From positions 1-60,895 of the forward strand of contig JAYKHR010000117.1 in the NCBI GenBank assembly GCA_035285125.1: a DNA stretch of 60,895 nucleotides, given 5' to 3'. The stretch is from Candidatus Sericytochromatia bacterium (GTDB lineage Bacteria > Cyanobacteriota > Sericytochromatia > S15B-MN24 > JAQBPE01). Numbering within the stretch: position 1 is the stretch's first letter; the number at the start of each line of letters is the position of its first letter. Of this stretch, positions 48,475 to 57,886 are shown in pieces. The notes beneath the pieces are model-generated. The model had not been told where the DNA came from and ran no database searches. It saw only the letters and a program-made list of their open reading frames with translations. The position numbers were made by a program, and so were the translations under genes.

Positions 48475-48903
48475 TTGCTAGAATCCCTCTACGGAAACGT
48501 CTCCATCCTCGAGAAGGCCCTTCACGGCCTGACGGCGAGGCAACGCGCCATCGGCGAGAACGTCGCCAACGCCGACACGCCCCGCTACAAACGGCTGGAG
48601 GTCGCCTACGAGGCGCAGCTCCGCGCGGCGATGAAGGCGGCCGGGCGTCGTGACGACGAGACGCCGCTCACGGCCACCCACCCCCTGCACTTCAGCCTCG
48701 GCCCCCACGCCTCGCGGGTGGCCGAGGTCTCACCGCTGCTGCGGGCCGTCACCGACGAGACCCAGCGGAATGACGGCAACAACGTCGACATCGATGCCGA
48801 GATGGCCAAGCTGGCCGAGACCAACATCCGCTACAACACGATGGCGACCCTGGCCCGCGACAAGTTCGAGGGCCTCAAGTCGCTCCTGAAAGAGGTGCGT
48901 TGA
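48475..48903 (+). CDS. flgB: Rod protein FlgB
   Basis: RQRAIGENVANADTPRYK; RNDGNNVDIDAEM. Confidence 0.95.
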   Translation: MLESLYGNVSILEKALHGLTARQRAIGENVANADTPRYKRLEVAYEAQLRAAMKAAGRRDDETPLTATHPLHFSLGPHASRVAEVSPLLRAVTDETQRNDGNNVDIDAEMAKLAETNIRYNTMATLARDKFEGLKSLLKEVR

Positions 48904-49325
48904 TGAGCTTCTTCGACAGCCTGCACGCGAGCGCTTCGGGGCTGACGGCCCAGCGCCTGCGGATGGACATCATCGCGAACAACCTGGCGAACGCAAACTC
49001 CACGCGCAGCAAGGACGGCGGGGCCTACCGGCGCCAGCTGGCCGTGTTCGAGTCGCGCGAGGCCCAGCAGCGCGACATCGACGGCCGCACCCGCGGCACG
49101 CCGCTCGGGGTGCGCGTGGCCCGGATCATCGAGGACGAGAGCCCGCTGCGGCTGGTTCACGACCCGGACCACCCCGACGCCAACGCGGATGGCTACGTCG
49201 CCTACCCCAACGTCAACACCGTGCAGGAGATGACGGACATGATCTCCGCCACGCGCTCGTACGAGGCCAACGTCACCGTCATCAACGCCGTGAAGGGCAT
49301 GGCGGGCAAGGCCCTGGAGATCTGA
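48903..49325 (+). CDS. flgC: Rod protein FlgC
   Basis: SASGLTAQRLRMDIIANNLANA; HPDA..GYV.YPNVN..EM. Confidence 0.97.
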   Translation: MSFFDSLHASASGLTAQRLRMDIIANNLANANSTRSKDGGAYRRQLAVFESREAQQRDIDGRTRGTPLGVRVARIIEDESPLRLVHDPDHPDANADGYVAYPNVNTVQEMTDMISATRSYEANVTVINAVKGMAGKALEI

Positions 49326-49329
49326 CGCG

Positions 49330-49842
49330 ATGCTTCCCATCCCCGCCGCCGGCCTCGGCCGGATCGAGCTGCCCTCCTTGCCCCCCACGTCCCTGCCCTC
49401 GGGTCCCTCCGGCCCGGGGTTCAGCCGCGTCTACGACCGCCTGCTCGCGGACGCCGAGCGGCTGCCGAGCGGGCTGCCCACGGCCATGGAGGTCCGGCCG
49501 CCGATCGCCCCTGCGACCGACATGGCCCAGCCCTTCGTCGAGTTCCCCACCGCCGTGGGGGCAGACGGCCTGCGCCTGCCCGACAGCGCCACGCCGCGCG
49601 ACGCGGGCGACGGCAAGAGCCCCCAGAACCTGCTCGCGCCCTTCCGGGCCGGTCTCGATGAGGTCACCCGGCTGCAGCAAGGCGCCGAACGCCTCGCCAA
49701 CGAGGCTGCGATCGGTGGTGACGTCGACCTCCACGACGTGATGATCGCCTCCGAGAAGGCGAGCGTCGCGATGCAACTCACCCTTCAGGTCCGCAACAAG
49801 CTGGTGGAAGCCTACCAGGACGTCATGCGGATGCAGGTCTAG
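49330..49842 (+). CDS. fliE: FliE with N-terminal extension
   Basis: LHDVMIA.EKA..MQLTLQVRNKLVEAYQDVMRMQV. Confidence 0.92.
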   Translation: MLPIPAAGLGRIELPSLPPTSLPSGPSGPGFSRVYDRLLADAERLPSGLPTAMEVRPPIAPATDMAQPFVEFPTAVGADGLRLPDSATPRDAGDGKSPQNLLAPFRAGLDEVTRLQQGAERLANEAAIGGDVDLHDVMIASEKASVAMQLTLQVRNKLVEAYQDVMRMQV

Positions 49843-49876
49843 GCGAGGCGGGCTGACGCTCCTTCGACCGTAACGC

Positions 49877-51550
49877 ATGAACAGCTTCCTCCAACAACTT
49901 GCCGAAGACGCAGGGCGCCTCTGGGGACAGATGAGCGCCGTGCAGCGCATGCTGTTGATCGGCGTCACGCTTGGCGTCATCGCGCTGTTCGGCATCCTCG
50001 TGCTCTGGGCCCAGCAGCCCGCCTACGTCACGCTCTACACCCGGCTGTCGGACAAGGACGCCGGGGCGATCGTGGGCAAGCTGAAGGAGCGCAGCATCCC
50101 CTACGAGCTCTCGGGCAACTCCATTGGCGTGCCCTCGGGCCAGGTCCACGACATCCGCCTCGCGCTCGCCTCCGAGGGGCTTCCCAGCGGCGGCACGGTG
50201 GGCTTCCAGGACCTCTTCAACGGCAACGCCAACTGGACGGCGACCGACTTCGAGCGGAACCTGAACTACCAGCGGGGCCTGGAGGGCGAGCTCTCGCGCA
50301 CGATCGAGGCGCTCGAGGGCGTCGACAAGGCCCGGGTCCACATCGTGATCCCAAAGGAGTCGCTCTTCGTCTCCGAGGAGCAGCCCCCGACGGCGTCCGT
50401 GATGCTGTCGATGAACTCGGCCAACGTGCTCGAGGGCTCCCAGGTCCGCACCATCCAGCACCTCGTCGCCAAGGCCGTGCCCCGCCTCAAGAAGGAAAAC
50501 GTCTTCGTCACGGACACCACGGGCAAGGACTACACCGAGGCCGCCGGCGGGCTGGAGGTGTCCGGCACGGACCTGTCGGCCCGGCAGCTCGAGCTGAAGC
50601 GCAAGTACGAGCGGGACCTGGAGCGCCGCCTGCAGGCGATGCTGGACGACGTGCTCGGCGCCGAGAAATCGGTGGTGCGCGTCAGCACGATGTGGGACTT
50701 CGCGCAGCTCGAGACCAACAGCGAGAGCTTCGCCCCGTCCATCCCGGGTGGCACGGGCGGCCTGCTGGTGTCCGAGCGCGGCAAGACCGAGCAGTACAAC
50801 GGGCAGGCCGCGGGCGATGGCGGCGTGGCGGGCTCCACGGAGAACGTCCAGCCGAACTCCTACCCGGCAGGCGGCCAGAACCAGACGGGGCTCTACAACA
50901 ACAACGAGTACACGCGGAACTACAACACGAACAAGGAAGTCCAGCGCCGCATCAAGGAGCCGGCGGTGCTGCGCGACACCATCGTGTCGGTCGCCTACGA
51001 CGTGACGCCGCCGTCGCCCCCGCCGGGTGCGGGCCGGGGCCGGGGGCGGAACGCGGCCGCCGCAGCAGCCACGGAGCCGCCGCCGGACCTGACGCCGATG
51101 ATCAAGCAGCTCGTGGGTGCCGCCGCAGGCATCCCCGACCCGCTGAACAGCACCAAGGTCGTCGTGAACCCGATGCTCTTCAAGGGCGTCGACGCGAAGG
51201 CCCGGCAGGAACAGGCCCGGCAGGACGCGCTGTGGGCCCGCGGCATCCGCATCGGCACCTTGGTCGCCAGCGTGCTGATTGCCCTCATCATCTTCGGCAT
51301 GTTCTTGACGGCCTTCCGGCGCCGCCAGGCCGTCATGGACGAGTTGGGCACCACGGTGCCCAGCGGCGGCATGTCCGCCGACGAGCTCAGCCTCGCCTTG
51401 CTCGAGGCCAACGGGGCCCGCATCGGCAAGCCGCCCTCGCCCGAGGACGCCAAGCTGCTCGGGATGCAGAAGGAGCTGGCGCAGTACATCAAGCAGAACC
51501 CGCGCGAGGCCGTCACGCTGGTGCGCGCCTGGGTCAACTCGGACGAGTAG
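49877..51550 (+). CDS. fliF: MS-ring protein FliF
   Basis: Two TMs; RGLEGELSRTI; ARVHIVIP..SLF...PTASV. Confidence 0.95.
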   Translation: MNSFLQQLAEDAGRLWGQMSAVQRMLLIGVTLGVIALFGILVLWAQQPAYVTLYTRLSDKDAGAIVGKLKERSIPYELSGNSIGVPSGQVHDIRLALASEGLPSGGTVGFQDLFNGNANWTATDFERNLNYQRGLEGELSRTIEALEGVDKARVHIVIPKESLFVSEEQPPTASVMLSMNSANVLEGSQVRTIQHLVAKAVPRLKKENVFVTDTTGKDYTEAAGGLEVSGTDLSARQLELKRKYERDLERRLQAMLDDVLGAEKSVVRVSTMWDFAQLETNSESFAPSIPGGTGGLLVSERGKTEQYNGQAAGDGGVAGSTENVQPNSYPAGGQNQTGLYNNNEYTRNYNTNKEVQRRIKEPAVLRDTIVSVAYDVTPPSPPPGAGRGRGRNAAAAAATEPPPDLTPMIKQLVGAAAGIPDPLNSTKVVVNPMLFKGVDAKARQEQARQDALWARGIRIGTLVASVLIALIIFGMFLTAFRRRQAVMDELGTTVPSGGMSADELSLALLEANGARIGKPPSPEDAKLLGMQKELAQYIKQNPREAVTLVRAWVNSDE

Positions 51551-51565
51551 GGGTACGGGATCCGT

Positions 51566-52597
51566 ATGGCAAGCAAGTCGACGAAGAAGGGCGCCAGCGA
51601 GCTCACTGGCAAAGAGAAGGCCGCCATCCTGCTGGTCAGCCTCGGGCAGGACGTGGCGAGCGAGGTCCTGCGTCAGATCGGCGACCAGGACGACCTCGAG
51701 CAGATCACGATGGAAATCGCGAACCTGGGTCGCGTCGAGCCCGACGTGTCCCGGGCCGTGATCGAGGAGTTCTACACCATCTACCAGGCCTCGCGGAACG
51801 CGGCCAACGGCGGCGTGGACATCGCGCGCGACATGCTCATCAAGGCGCTGGGGCCGGAGCGCGCCGCCGAGCTGCTCGGCCGTCTGACGGACCAGCTCGC
51901 CACGATCCCGTTCGAGTTCATGCGGCGCATCGAGGCCAACCAGCTGTTGAACTTCATCCAGAACGAGCACCCCCAGACCATCGCCCTCATCTGCGCCTAC
52001 CTCAAGCCCGAGCAGTCCGCGACCATCATCGGCGGGCTCAGCCCCGAGGCACAGTCGGACGTGGCCGCCCGCATCGCCCTGATGGACCGCACCAGCCCGG
52101 CGATCATCCGGGAGGTGGAGCGCATCCTCGAGCGGAAGTTCAGCGCGGTGGTGTCTCAGGACTACTTCAACGCCGGTGGCGTCAAGAACCTGGTCGAGGT
52201 GCTCAACCGGGCCGACCGCTCCACGGAGAAGACCATCATCGAAGCCCTCGAGGAGCAGAACCCCGAGCTTGCGGACGAGATCAAGAAGCTGATGTTCGTC
52301 TTCGAGGACATCGTCTCGCTCGACGACCGGTCGATTCAGCGGGTGCTCAAGGATGTCGAGAGCAAGGACCTCGCGCTCGCGCTCAAGGGCTCGAACGACG
52401 AGGTCAAGGCCAAGATCTTCAAGAACATGTCGGAGCGCATGGCCGGCATGATCCAGGACGAGCTGGGCTACATGGGCCCCGTGCGCCTGAAGGACATCGA
52501 GGAGGTCCAGCAGAAGGTCGTGGCCGTGATCCGCAAGCTGGAAGAGGGCGGCGAGATCGTCATCAGCCGCGGCGGCGCGGACGAGCTGGTGTACTGA
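51566..52597 (+). CDS. fliG: Rotor protein FliG
   Basis: KAAILLVSLG; EHPQTIA; MFVFEDI; LALALKG. Confidence 0.98.
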   Translation: MASKSTKKGASELTGKEKAAILLVSLGQDVASEVLRQIGDQDDLEQITMEIANLGRVEPDVSRAVIEEFYTIYQASRNAANGGVDIARDMLIKALGPERAAELLGRLTDQLATIPFEFMRRIEANQLLNFIQNEHPQTIALICAYLKPEQSATIIGGLSPEAQSDVAARIALMDRTSPAIIREVERILERKFSAVVSQDYFNAGGVKNLVEVLNRADRSTEKTIIEALEEQNPELADEIKKLMFVFEDIVSLDDRSIQRVLKDVESKDLALALKGSNDEVKAKIFKNMSERMAGMIQDELGYMGPVRLKDIEEVQQKVVAVIRKLEEGGEIVISRGGADELVY

Positions 52598-52628
52598 CGC
52601 CACGCGACGGCACCCGCGGGAGGCGCGC

Positions 52629-53894
52629 ATGAACCGGCCCAAGATCATCAAGCTGTCGTCGTTCGAGGACGGCTCCTACACCATCAAGGCGCCAGGCCCC
52701 ACCGACGCCAAGCCCTATGGGCCGAGCGCCCCGCGCAGCCCGGACCCTCGGCTCTCGGGGGCCCAGGACCGCGCCAGCCAGATCGTGGCGGTGGCCGAGG
52801 CCGACGCCGAGGCCATCCGTGCGGCCGCGATGGAGGAAGGCAGGCGCAGGGGTCACGCCGAGGGCTACGCCGCGGGCCTCGAAGAGGCCAAGGCCGTCGT
52901 GTTCGGCGAACACGGGCGGCTCCTCGAGAGCCTGGCCCAGGCCGAGGCCAGCTACGTGGCCGACGTCGCCGGCCGGGAAGCGGCGCTGTCCCAGCAGCTC
53001 GCCCGGCTGTCGATCGCCATCGCCAGCAAGCTGCTGGCCGTCGAGCTCGCCCACGGCCGGGAGGCCGCCGTGCCGCTCGCCCGCCTGGCCATCCGCCACC
53101 TGACGGACAAGGCCCAGGTGCGCCTGCGCGTCCACCCGCTCGACGTGAACACGATCGTGGCCGCCAAGCAGCAGCTGATGCTGAGCGTGGACGGGCTGGC
53201 GCAGCTCGACGTGGTGTCAGACCCCGCCGTCGGCCTGGCCGGCTGCCTGATCGAGACCCGCAGCGGCCTCATCGACGCCCGCCTCTCGACCCAGCTCGCC
53301 GAGGTGGCCTCGGAGCTGCTGGAGGTGCAGCTGGGCATCGAGGACGGCCCGGGGCTCGACCCCGTCGTCGCCGCCGCCGTGCGGGCGCTGGGCTCCAGCG
53401 GCCTGCTCGCCGCCGCCGAGGCGACGCCGACCATGCCAGCCTACGAGCTGCCCGCTCGCCAGGATGCCGGGGCGCTGGCCGAGGCCGAGGCGCGGGCCCG
53501 TCAGATCGTCGCAGCCGCGGAGGCCCAGGCCACCGCGATGCTCACGCAGGCCCAGGCGGAGGCGCGCGCCATCCAGGTGGCCACGCAGGCTCCGGTGGTC
53601 CCAGCGCAGCCCCCGGCCGCGGCTGCCGCCGCGCCAGCGGCCCGGCCGGCCGCCGTCAGACCAGCCGTGGCCCGGGCCACCGCCCAGCCCGCCCCGGCCC
53701 CCGTCCCGGAGGGTCCGCTCCCCAACGAGACGCTGGACAAGATCGTCCAGGATGCGCGCACGCCCGTCGTGGCGGAGGGGCTCCTGCCCAACCAGCCCAA
53801 GCCCAGCGAGAAGGAGCCCGACATCGACCAGGCCACCAGCTCCCTGAAGCGGCTGCTGGGCAAGGGCAAGCCCAAGCCCGGTCGGGCGTGGTGA
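52629..53894 (+). CDS. fliH: FliH with long C-terminal extension
   Basis: GxxxG repeats EEGRRRGHAEGYAAG; LRVHPLD; GCLIETRSGLIDARL; lies between fliG and fliI. Confidence 0.85.
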   Translation: MNRPKIIKLSSFEDGSYTIKAPGPTDAKPYGPSAPRSPDPRLSGAQDRASQIVAVAEADAEAIRAAAMEEGRRRGHAEGYAAGLEEAKAVVFGEHGRLLESLAQAEASYVADVAGREAALSQQLARLSIAIASKLLAVELAHGREAAVPLARLAIRHLTDKAQVRLRVHPLDVNTIVAAKQQLMLSVDGLAQLDVVSDPAVGLAGCLIETRSGLIDARLSTQLAEVASELLEVQLGIEDGPGLDPVVAAAVRALGSSGLLAAAEATPTMPAYELPARQDAGALAEAEARARQIVAAAEAQATAMLTQAQAEARAIQVATQAPVVPAQPPAAAAAAPAARPAAVRPAVARATAQPAPAPVPEGPLPNETLDKIVQDARTPVVAEGLLPNQPKPSEKEPDIDQATSSLKRLLGKGKPKPGRAW

Positions 53895-53898
53895 CGGC

Positions 53899-55278
53899 AT
53901 GACGGAGCTCGACGCCCCCCTCGACGAAGGCGATGGCCTGCTTGCCCGCTTCCACCAGCGGCTTTCGCACATGGACGCCATCCGCGTCGAGGGACGCGTG
54001 GCCCAGATCGTGGGGCTGGTCGTCGAGTCCGACGGACCGGCCGCCCGGATGGGCGAGGTGTGCCTCATCGCCGCGGACAGCAACACCCCGTCCGTGGCTG
54101 CCGAGGTCGTGGGCTTCCGAGGCGACCGCCTGTTGCTGATGCCCCTCGGGGAGATGAGCGGCATCCGACCGGGCTCCGAGGTGGTGGCCACGGGCAAGCC
54201 GCTCACGGTGGCCGTCGGCCCGGCCCTGCTCGGGCGCGTGCTAGACGGGCTCGGCCGCCCGATCGACGGTGGCTCTCCCCTGCGAGGGCTGCCGCGCGTG
54301 CCCGTCGAGGCCCCGCCCCCCAACCCCCTGTTGCGGGCCCGCATCAGGCACCCCCTGCCGCTCGGGGTGCGCGCGCTGGACGGCCTGCTCACGTGCGGGC
54401 GGGGCCAGCGGCTCGGGATCTTCGCCGGCTCGGGCGTGGGCAAGTCCACCACGCTTGGCATGATCGCGCGGAACACCGAGGCCCAGCTGAACGTGATCTG
54501 TCTGGTGGGGGAGCGAGGCCGGGAGGTGCGCGACTTCCTCGAGCGGGACCTCGGCCCCGAGGGCCTCGCGCGCTCCGTGGTGGTGGTGGCGACGTCGGAT
54601 CAGCCGGCCCTCCAGCGCATCAAGTGCGCGCTGGTGGCAACGGCGATCGCGGAGCACTTCCGCGACCAGGGCCAGGACGTCATGCTCATGATGGACTCGG
54701 TCACGCGGTTCGCGATGGCCCAGCGCGAGGTGGGCCTCGCCATCGGAGAGCCCCCAGCCACCAAGGGCTACACGCCCTCCGTCTTCGCCCTGCTGCCCAG
54801 GCTGCTCGAGCGCGCCGGCACCGGCGCCAGCGGCTCGATCACCGGGCTGTACACCGTGCTCGTCGAGGCCGACGACTTCAACGAGCCGATCAGCGACGCG
54901 GTGCGCGGCATCCTGGACGGGCACGTGATCCTCAGCCGCGAGCTCGCGGCCCAGAACCACTACCCCGCGATCGACATCCTGGCCTCCGTCAGCCGCGTCA
55001 TGCCGGAGATCACCGACGATCGCCACCGGAAAGCGGCGGGCTGGCTCCGGGAGGCGCTCGCGACCTACAAGAACGCGCAGGACCTGATCAACATCGGCGC
55101 CTACCAGCGTGGCAGCAACCCCCAGATCGACGTGGCCATGGAGCTTCATGAGGCCCTCAACCGCTACCTGCAACAGGGCGTGGACGAGGTCGTGCCCTAC
55201 CCGGCGGCCCTGGCCGAGTTGCAGGCGATCTTCGAGCCGTTCTTCGCCGCCGAGGCCGCCCAGGGCAGGATGCACTAG
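53899..55278 (+). CDS. fliI: Export ATPase FliI
   Basis: GIFAGSGVGKST; GERGREV; MDSVTRFAMAQRE. Confidence 0.97.
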   Translation: MTELDAPLDEGDGLLARFHQRLSHMDAIRVEGRVAQIVGLVVESDGPAARMGEVCLIAADSNTPSVAAEVVGFRGDRLLLMPLGEMSGIRPGSEVVATGKPLTVAVGPALLGRVLDGLGRPIDGGSPLRGLPRVPVEAPPPNPLLRARIRHPLPLGVRALDGLLTCGRGQRLGIFAGSGVGKSTTLGMIARNTEAQLNVICLVGERGREVRDFLERDLGPEGLARSVVVVATSDQPALQRIKCALVATAIAEHFRDQGQDVMLMMDSVTRFAMAQREVGLAIGEPPATKGYTPSVFALLPRLLERAGTGASGSITGLYTVLVEADDFNEPISDAVRGILDGHVILSRELAAQNHYPAIDILASVSRVMPEITDDRHRKAAGWLREALATYKNAQDLINIGAYQRGSNPQIDVAMELHEALNRYLQQGVDEVVPYPAALAELQAIFEPFFAAEAAQGRMH

Positions 55279-55357
55279 CCCGCGGGGCACGCATCAGCCC
55301 TTTTGCCAAGGCCAGGACGAGCCCAGCATGGCAGAATCCGGCCTGGGGGACGGGCCG

Positions 55358-57040
55358 ATGGCGCTGCGAACGGGGTTGCTGACCACCATCCTGGGGGGCC
55401 TGCTGGCCTGCCAGCCTGGCGACGTGGACCTCGGGTTCCGGCCCGCGAGCCTCAGCGAGACGGGCCCCAGGCGGGCCCGCCTCGCCGAGGCCCGGATCGT
55501 GATCGACACCAGCCACACCCTTCACCCGGCCAGCCCGTTCACCAACGGCTTCAACCGCAACCACAACCACCGGCAGTTCGCGGTGCACGGCCTCGACCGA
55601 GGCCGTTGGCTCGCCGCGCTGAGGCAACTGGCGCCGACGTGGGGGGACGCCTGGCTCTTGTCCCAGCAGCGGGCCGGCTACCCGGCCAACCCGGCCCGAC
55701 GCACCAGCTACAGGCTGGGCCACGGCCCAACGGACGGTCGCACCGACTACGGCTACATGCCCGGCTACAGGTTCCTGGCCTGCTGGGGCCAGGACGGGCA
55801 GGCGGCCACGTGGGACGGCTACCCCTACGACGACATGCGCTACCCCCTGGCGGAGGCCGACGAAATCGGCGCCGAGCCGCTCGTGACCGTCAACTTCGGC
55901 ACGGACACGCCGGCGGCAGCGGCGGCGCTCGCTACGTGGCTGAACGCGCCGACGGCCGCCCTGCGCGAGGCCCACCCGTTCTTCGGCCCCCCGGGCAGCG
56001 CCCGGGAGGCGCGGGGCAGCTACATGTTCGAGATCGGCAACGAGGTGCAACTGCGGGTGGTGCGTGGCCACGAGCGGGCCCTGACAGTACCGATGTACGT
56101 CCGGGAGGCACGCCCCTACGTGGAGGCACTTCGCGCAGGCAGCGCCCACCCGGTGAAGGTGGCCCTCGCGGCCGCGGTGAACGTGTACTGGGGTGGCCCG
56201 AACGACGCCGGGCGGGGCGAGGCCTGGCCCCAGCAGGGGGCGATGGTGACGGCCTTCCTCGCGGCCGCGCGGCAAGAGGGGGTCCGCTTCGATGCCCTGC
56301 AGTTGCACGGTTACCCGTCGTGGCCGGTCGCGGAGCGCCTCGCCGGCAACGCCTACCTGGAACGCCTGATGCACACCCAGCTGCTTCCGGCCCTGGCCCG
56401 GGCCCCTCACCCGGTGGAGATCTGGAACGACGAATTCCACGCCGCCAGCGGCCTGCCTCGCAACACGGGCATCTACGGCGCCCTGTACGCGGCAGACGCG
56501 GCCGTGGTGGCCTTCCGCACCACGCTGGGCGGCCGCCAGGTCGTGCCCGTCACAACGGACTTCGCGGCCTGGCACGCGGGCCGAGGCGGGGCGTCGGACT
56601 CGCTCTACTTCGCGGACAGCCGCCTCGACAGGCCCACCCCCCTCTATGCCTTCCGGCGGCTGCTCGCCAGCAACTGGGGCGATTGGATCGTTGCCACGGA
56701 GGTGGTGAACGCCCCCACCTGGGTCGATGCCGGCCGCCACGGCGAGCAGACCCCCGTGAGCCACCTGGCGGCCGTCGCCTCGCGCACGGAGGCGGGCGTG
56801 GTGCATGTGCTCGTGGTCAACCGGAGCCGGACGCCCTGCGAGGCCTGGCTGATGTCCCCGGCGGGCCAGCCGCTGGCGGCCCGGGCCACCCGCCACGTCA
56901 TCCGGCCGCTCCGGCAGGCAGGCGAGCCGTGGGATGCAGCCTGGCACGAGGTCGAGGTCCGCGAGGGAGAGGCCGTGAAGGCAGCCTCGGCCCTGAGTTT
57001 CCCGGCGGCCTCCATCACCTTGCTGACCCTGAGGCCCTGA
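55358..57040 (+). CDS. Lipoprotein, clan GH-A glycoside hydrolase-like (GH51/GH44-like)
   Basis: Lipobox LLAC; TVNFGT; FEIGNE acid/base motif; WNDEF nucleophile; C-terminal beta sandwich. Confidence 0.65.
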   Translation: MALRTGLLTTILGGLLACQPGDVDLGFRPASLSETGPRRARLAEARIVIDTSHTLHPASPFTNGFNRNHNHRQFAVHGLDRGRWLAALRQLAPTWGDAWLLSQQRAGYPANPARRTSYRLGHGPTDGRTDYGYMPGYRFLACWGQDGQAATWDGYPYDDMRYPLAEADEIGAEPLVTVNFGTDTPAAAAALATWLNAPTAALREAHPFFGPPGSAREARGSYMFEIGNEVQLRVVRGHERALTVPMYVREARPYVEALRAGSAHPVKVALAAAVNVYWGGPNDAGRGEAWPQQGAMVTAFLAAARQEGVRFDALQLHGYPSWPVAERLAGNAYLERLMHTQLLPALARAPHPVEIWNDEFHAASGLPRNTGIYGALYAADAAVVAFRTTLGGRQVVPVTTDFAAWHAGRGGASDSLYFADSRLDRPTPLYAFRRLLASNWGDWIVATEVVNAPTWVDAGRHGEQTPVSHLAAVASRTEAGVVHVLVVNRSRTPCEAWLMSPAGQPLAARATRHVIRPLRQAGEPWDAAWHEVEVREGEAVKAASALSFPAASITLLTLRP

Positions 57041-57070
57041 CAGTGCGGCCGCAGCCAAGCCGTTCGCCCG

Positions 57071-57883
57071 TCAGCCGAAGCGGTTGCGCGACTGAACGAC
57101 GGCGCGGGCGCGGGCGGCCCGTTTCTTGCCGCGGTAGACGACGCGGGCCTCGATGACGTGGCGCCCGTTCCTGGTGATCTGGCTGGGCCACTCCGTCGCG
57201 AAGGGGGCCTTCTCGAAGCGTTCCCAGTGCTTGCCGTCGACCGTCAGGGCGACGTGGTCGATGTGGGCCGCCGCCTTGACGTCGAGCTTGACCCAGATGT
57301 TTCCCGTGACCGTGGCCCCGCTCCGGGGCTGCAGGATCGCGATGCCAGCCGGCCCAGAGTAGGGCGGCGGGGGTGGGGGCGGGGTGGTGGCCGTCTTGTA
57401 GGCCCTGTGGGCCGAGACCCCCAATGCCACGACCACCAGGACGGCCGTGGCCCCGAGCAGGGCCTGCGCCCAAGGCGGCAGCCTGCGGGCGTCGGGCAGC
57501 GTCGGCAGCGAGGCAGTAAGCCCCCCTAACGGGCCCGTGCCCTGGCGCTTCAGCGACCCCGTCCCGCGGTTTATCTTGGGGGCATCGGGCTCCAACGCAC
57601 AGCGGAAACAGTTCTGCGCGCCGTTGAGGCAGGCGGGGCAGTGGGGCTTCTTGCAGCGCCTGCAGCGGGTGTCGGCGGGCACGTCCTTGTGGTTCGTGCA
57701 CTTGAGCCGCCGGGCGCGTTCGGCGGGGTCCCCCTCCTTGTTGCCCCCCTTGGCTGCGTTGCGCGAGCAGGCTTCGCAACGTCCCCCGTTGCCGTTGAGG
57801 CGGCACCGATCGCAGATGTGCTGGGAGCAGAGCGGGCACCGGCTTGAGGCGCGCGAGTCGGCGTGGTAGTGACACTGCGCCAT
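57071..57883 (-). CDS. Double B-box-like zinc finger, TM and Ig-like domain protein
   Basis: CHYH..CPLC..CDRC..CEAC and CTNH..CRRC..CPAC..CFRC; one TM; Big-like domain (APF..W). Confidence 0.75.
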   Translation of the reverse strand: MAQCHYHADSRASSRCPLCSQHICDRCRLNGNGGRCEACSRNAAKGGNKEGDPAERARRLKCTNHKDVPADTRCRRCKKPHCPACLNGAQNCFRCALEPDAPKINRGTGSLKRQGTGPLGGLTASLPTLPDARRLPPWAQALLGATAVLVVVALGVSAHRAYKTATTPPPPPPPYSGPAGIAILQPRSGATVTGNIWVKLDVKAAAHIDHVALTVDGKHWERFEKAPFATEWPSQITRNGRHVIEARVVYRGKKRAARARAVVQSRNRFG

Positions 57884-57886
57884 GCT

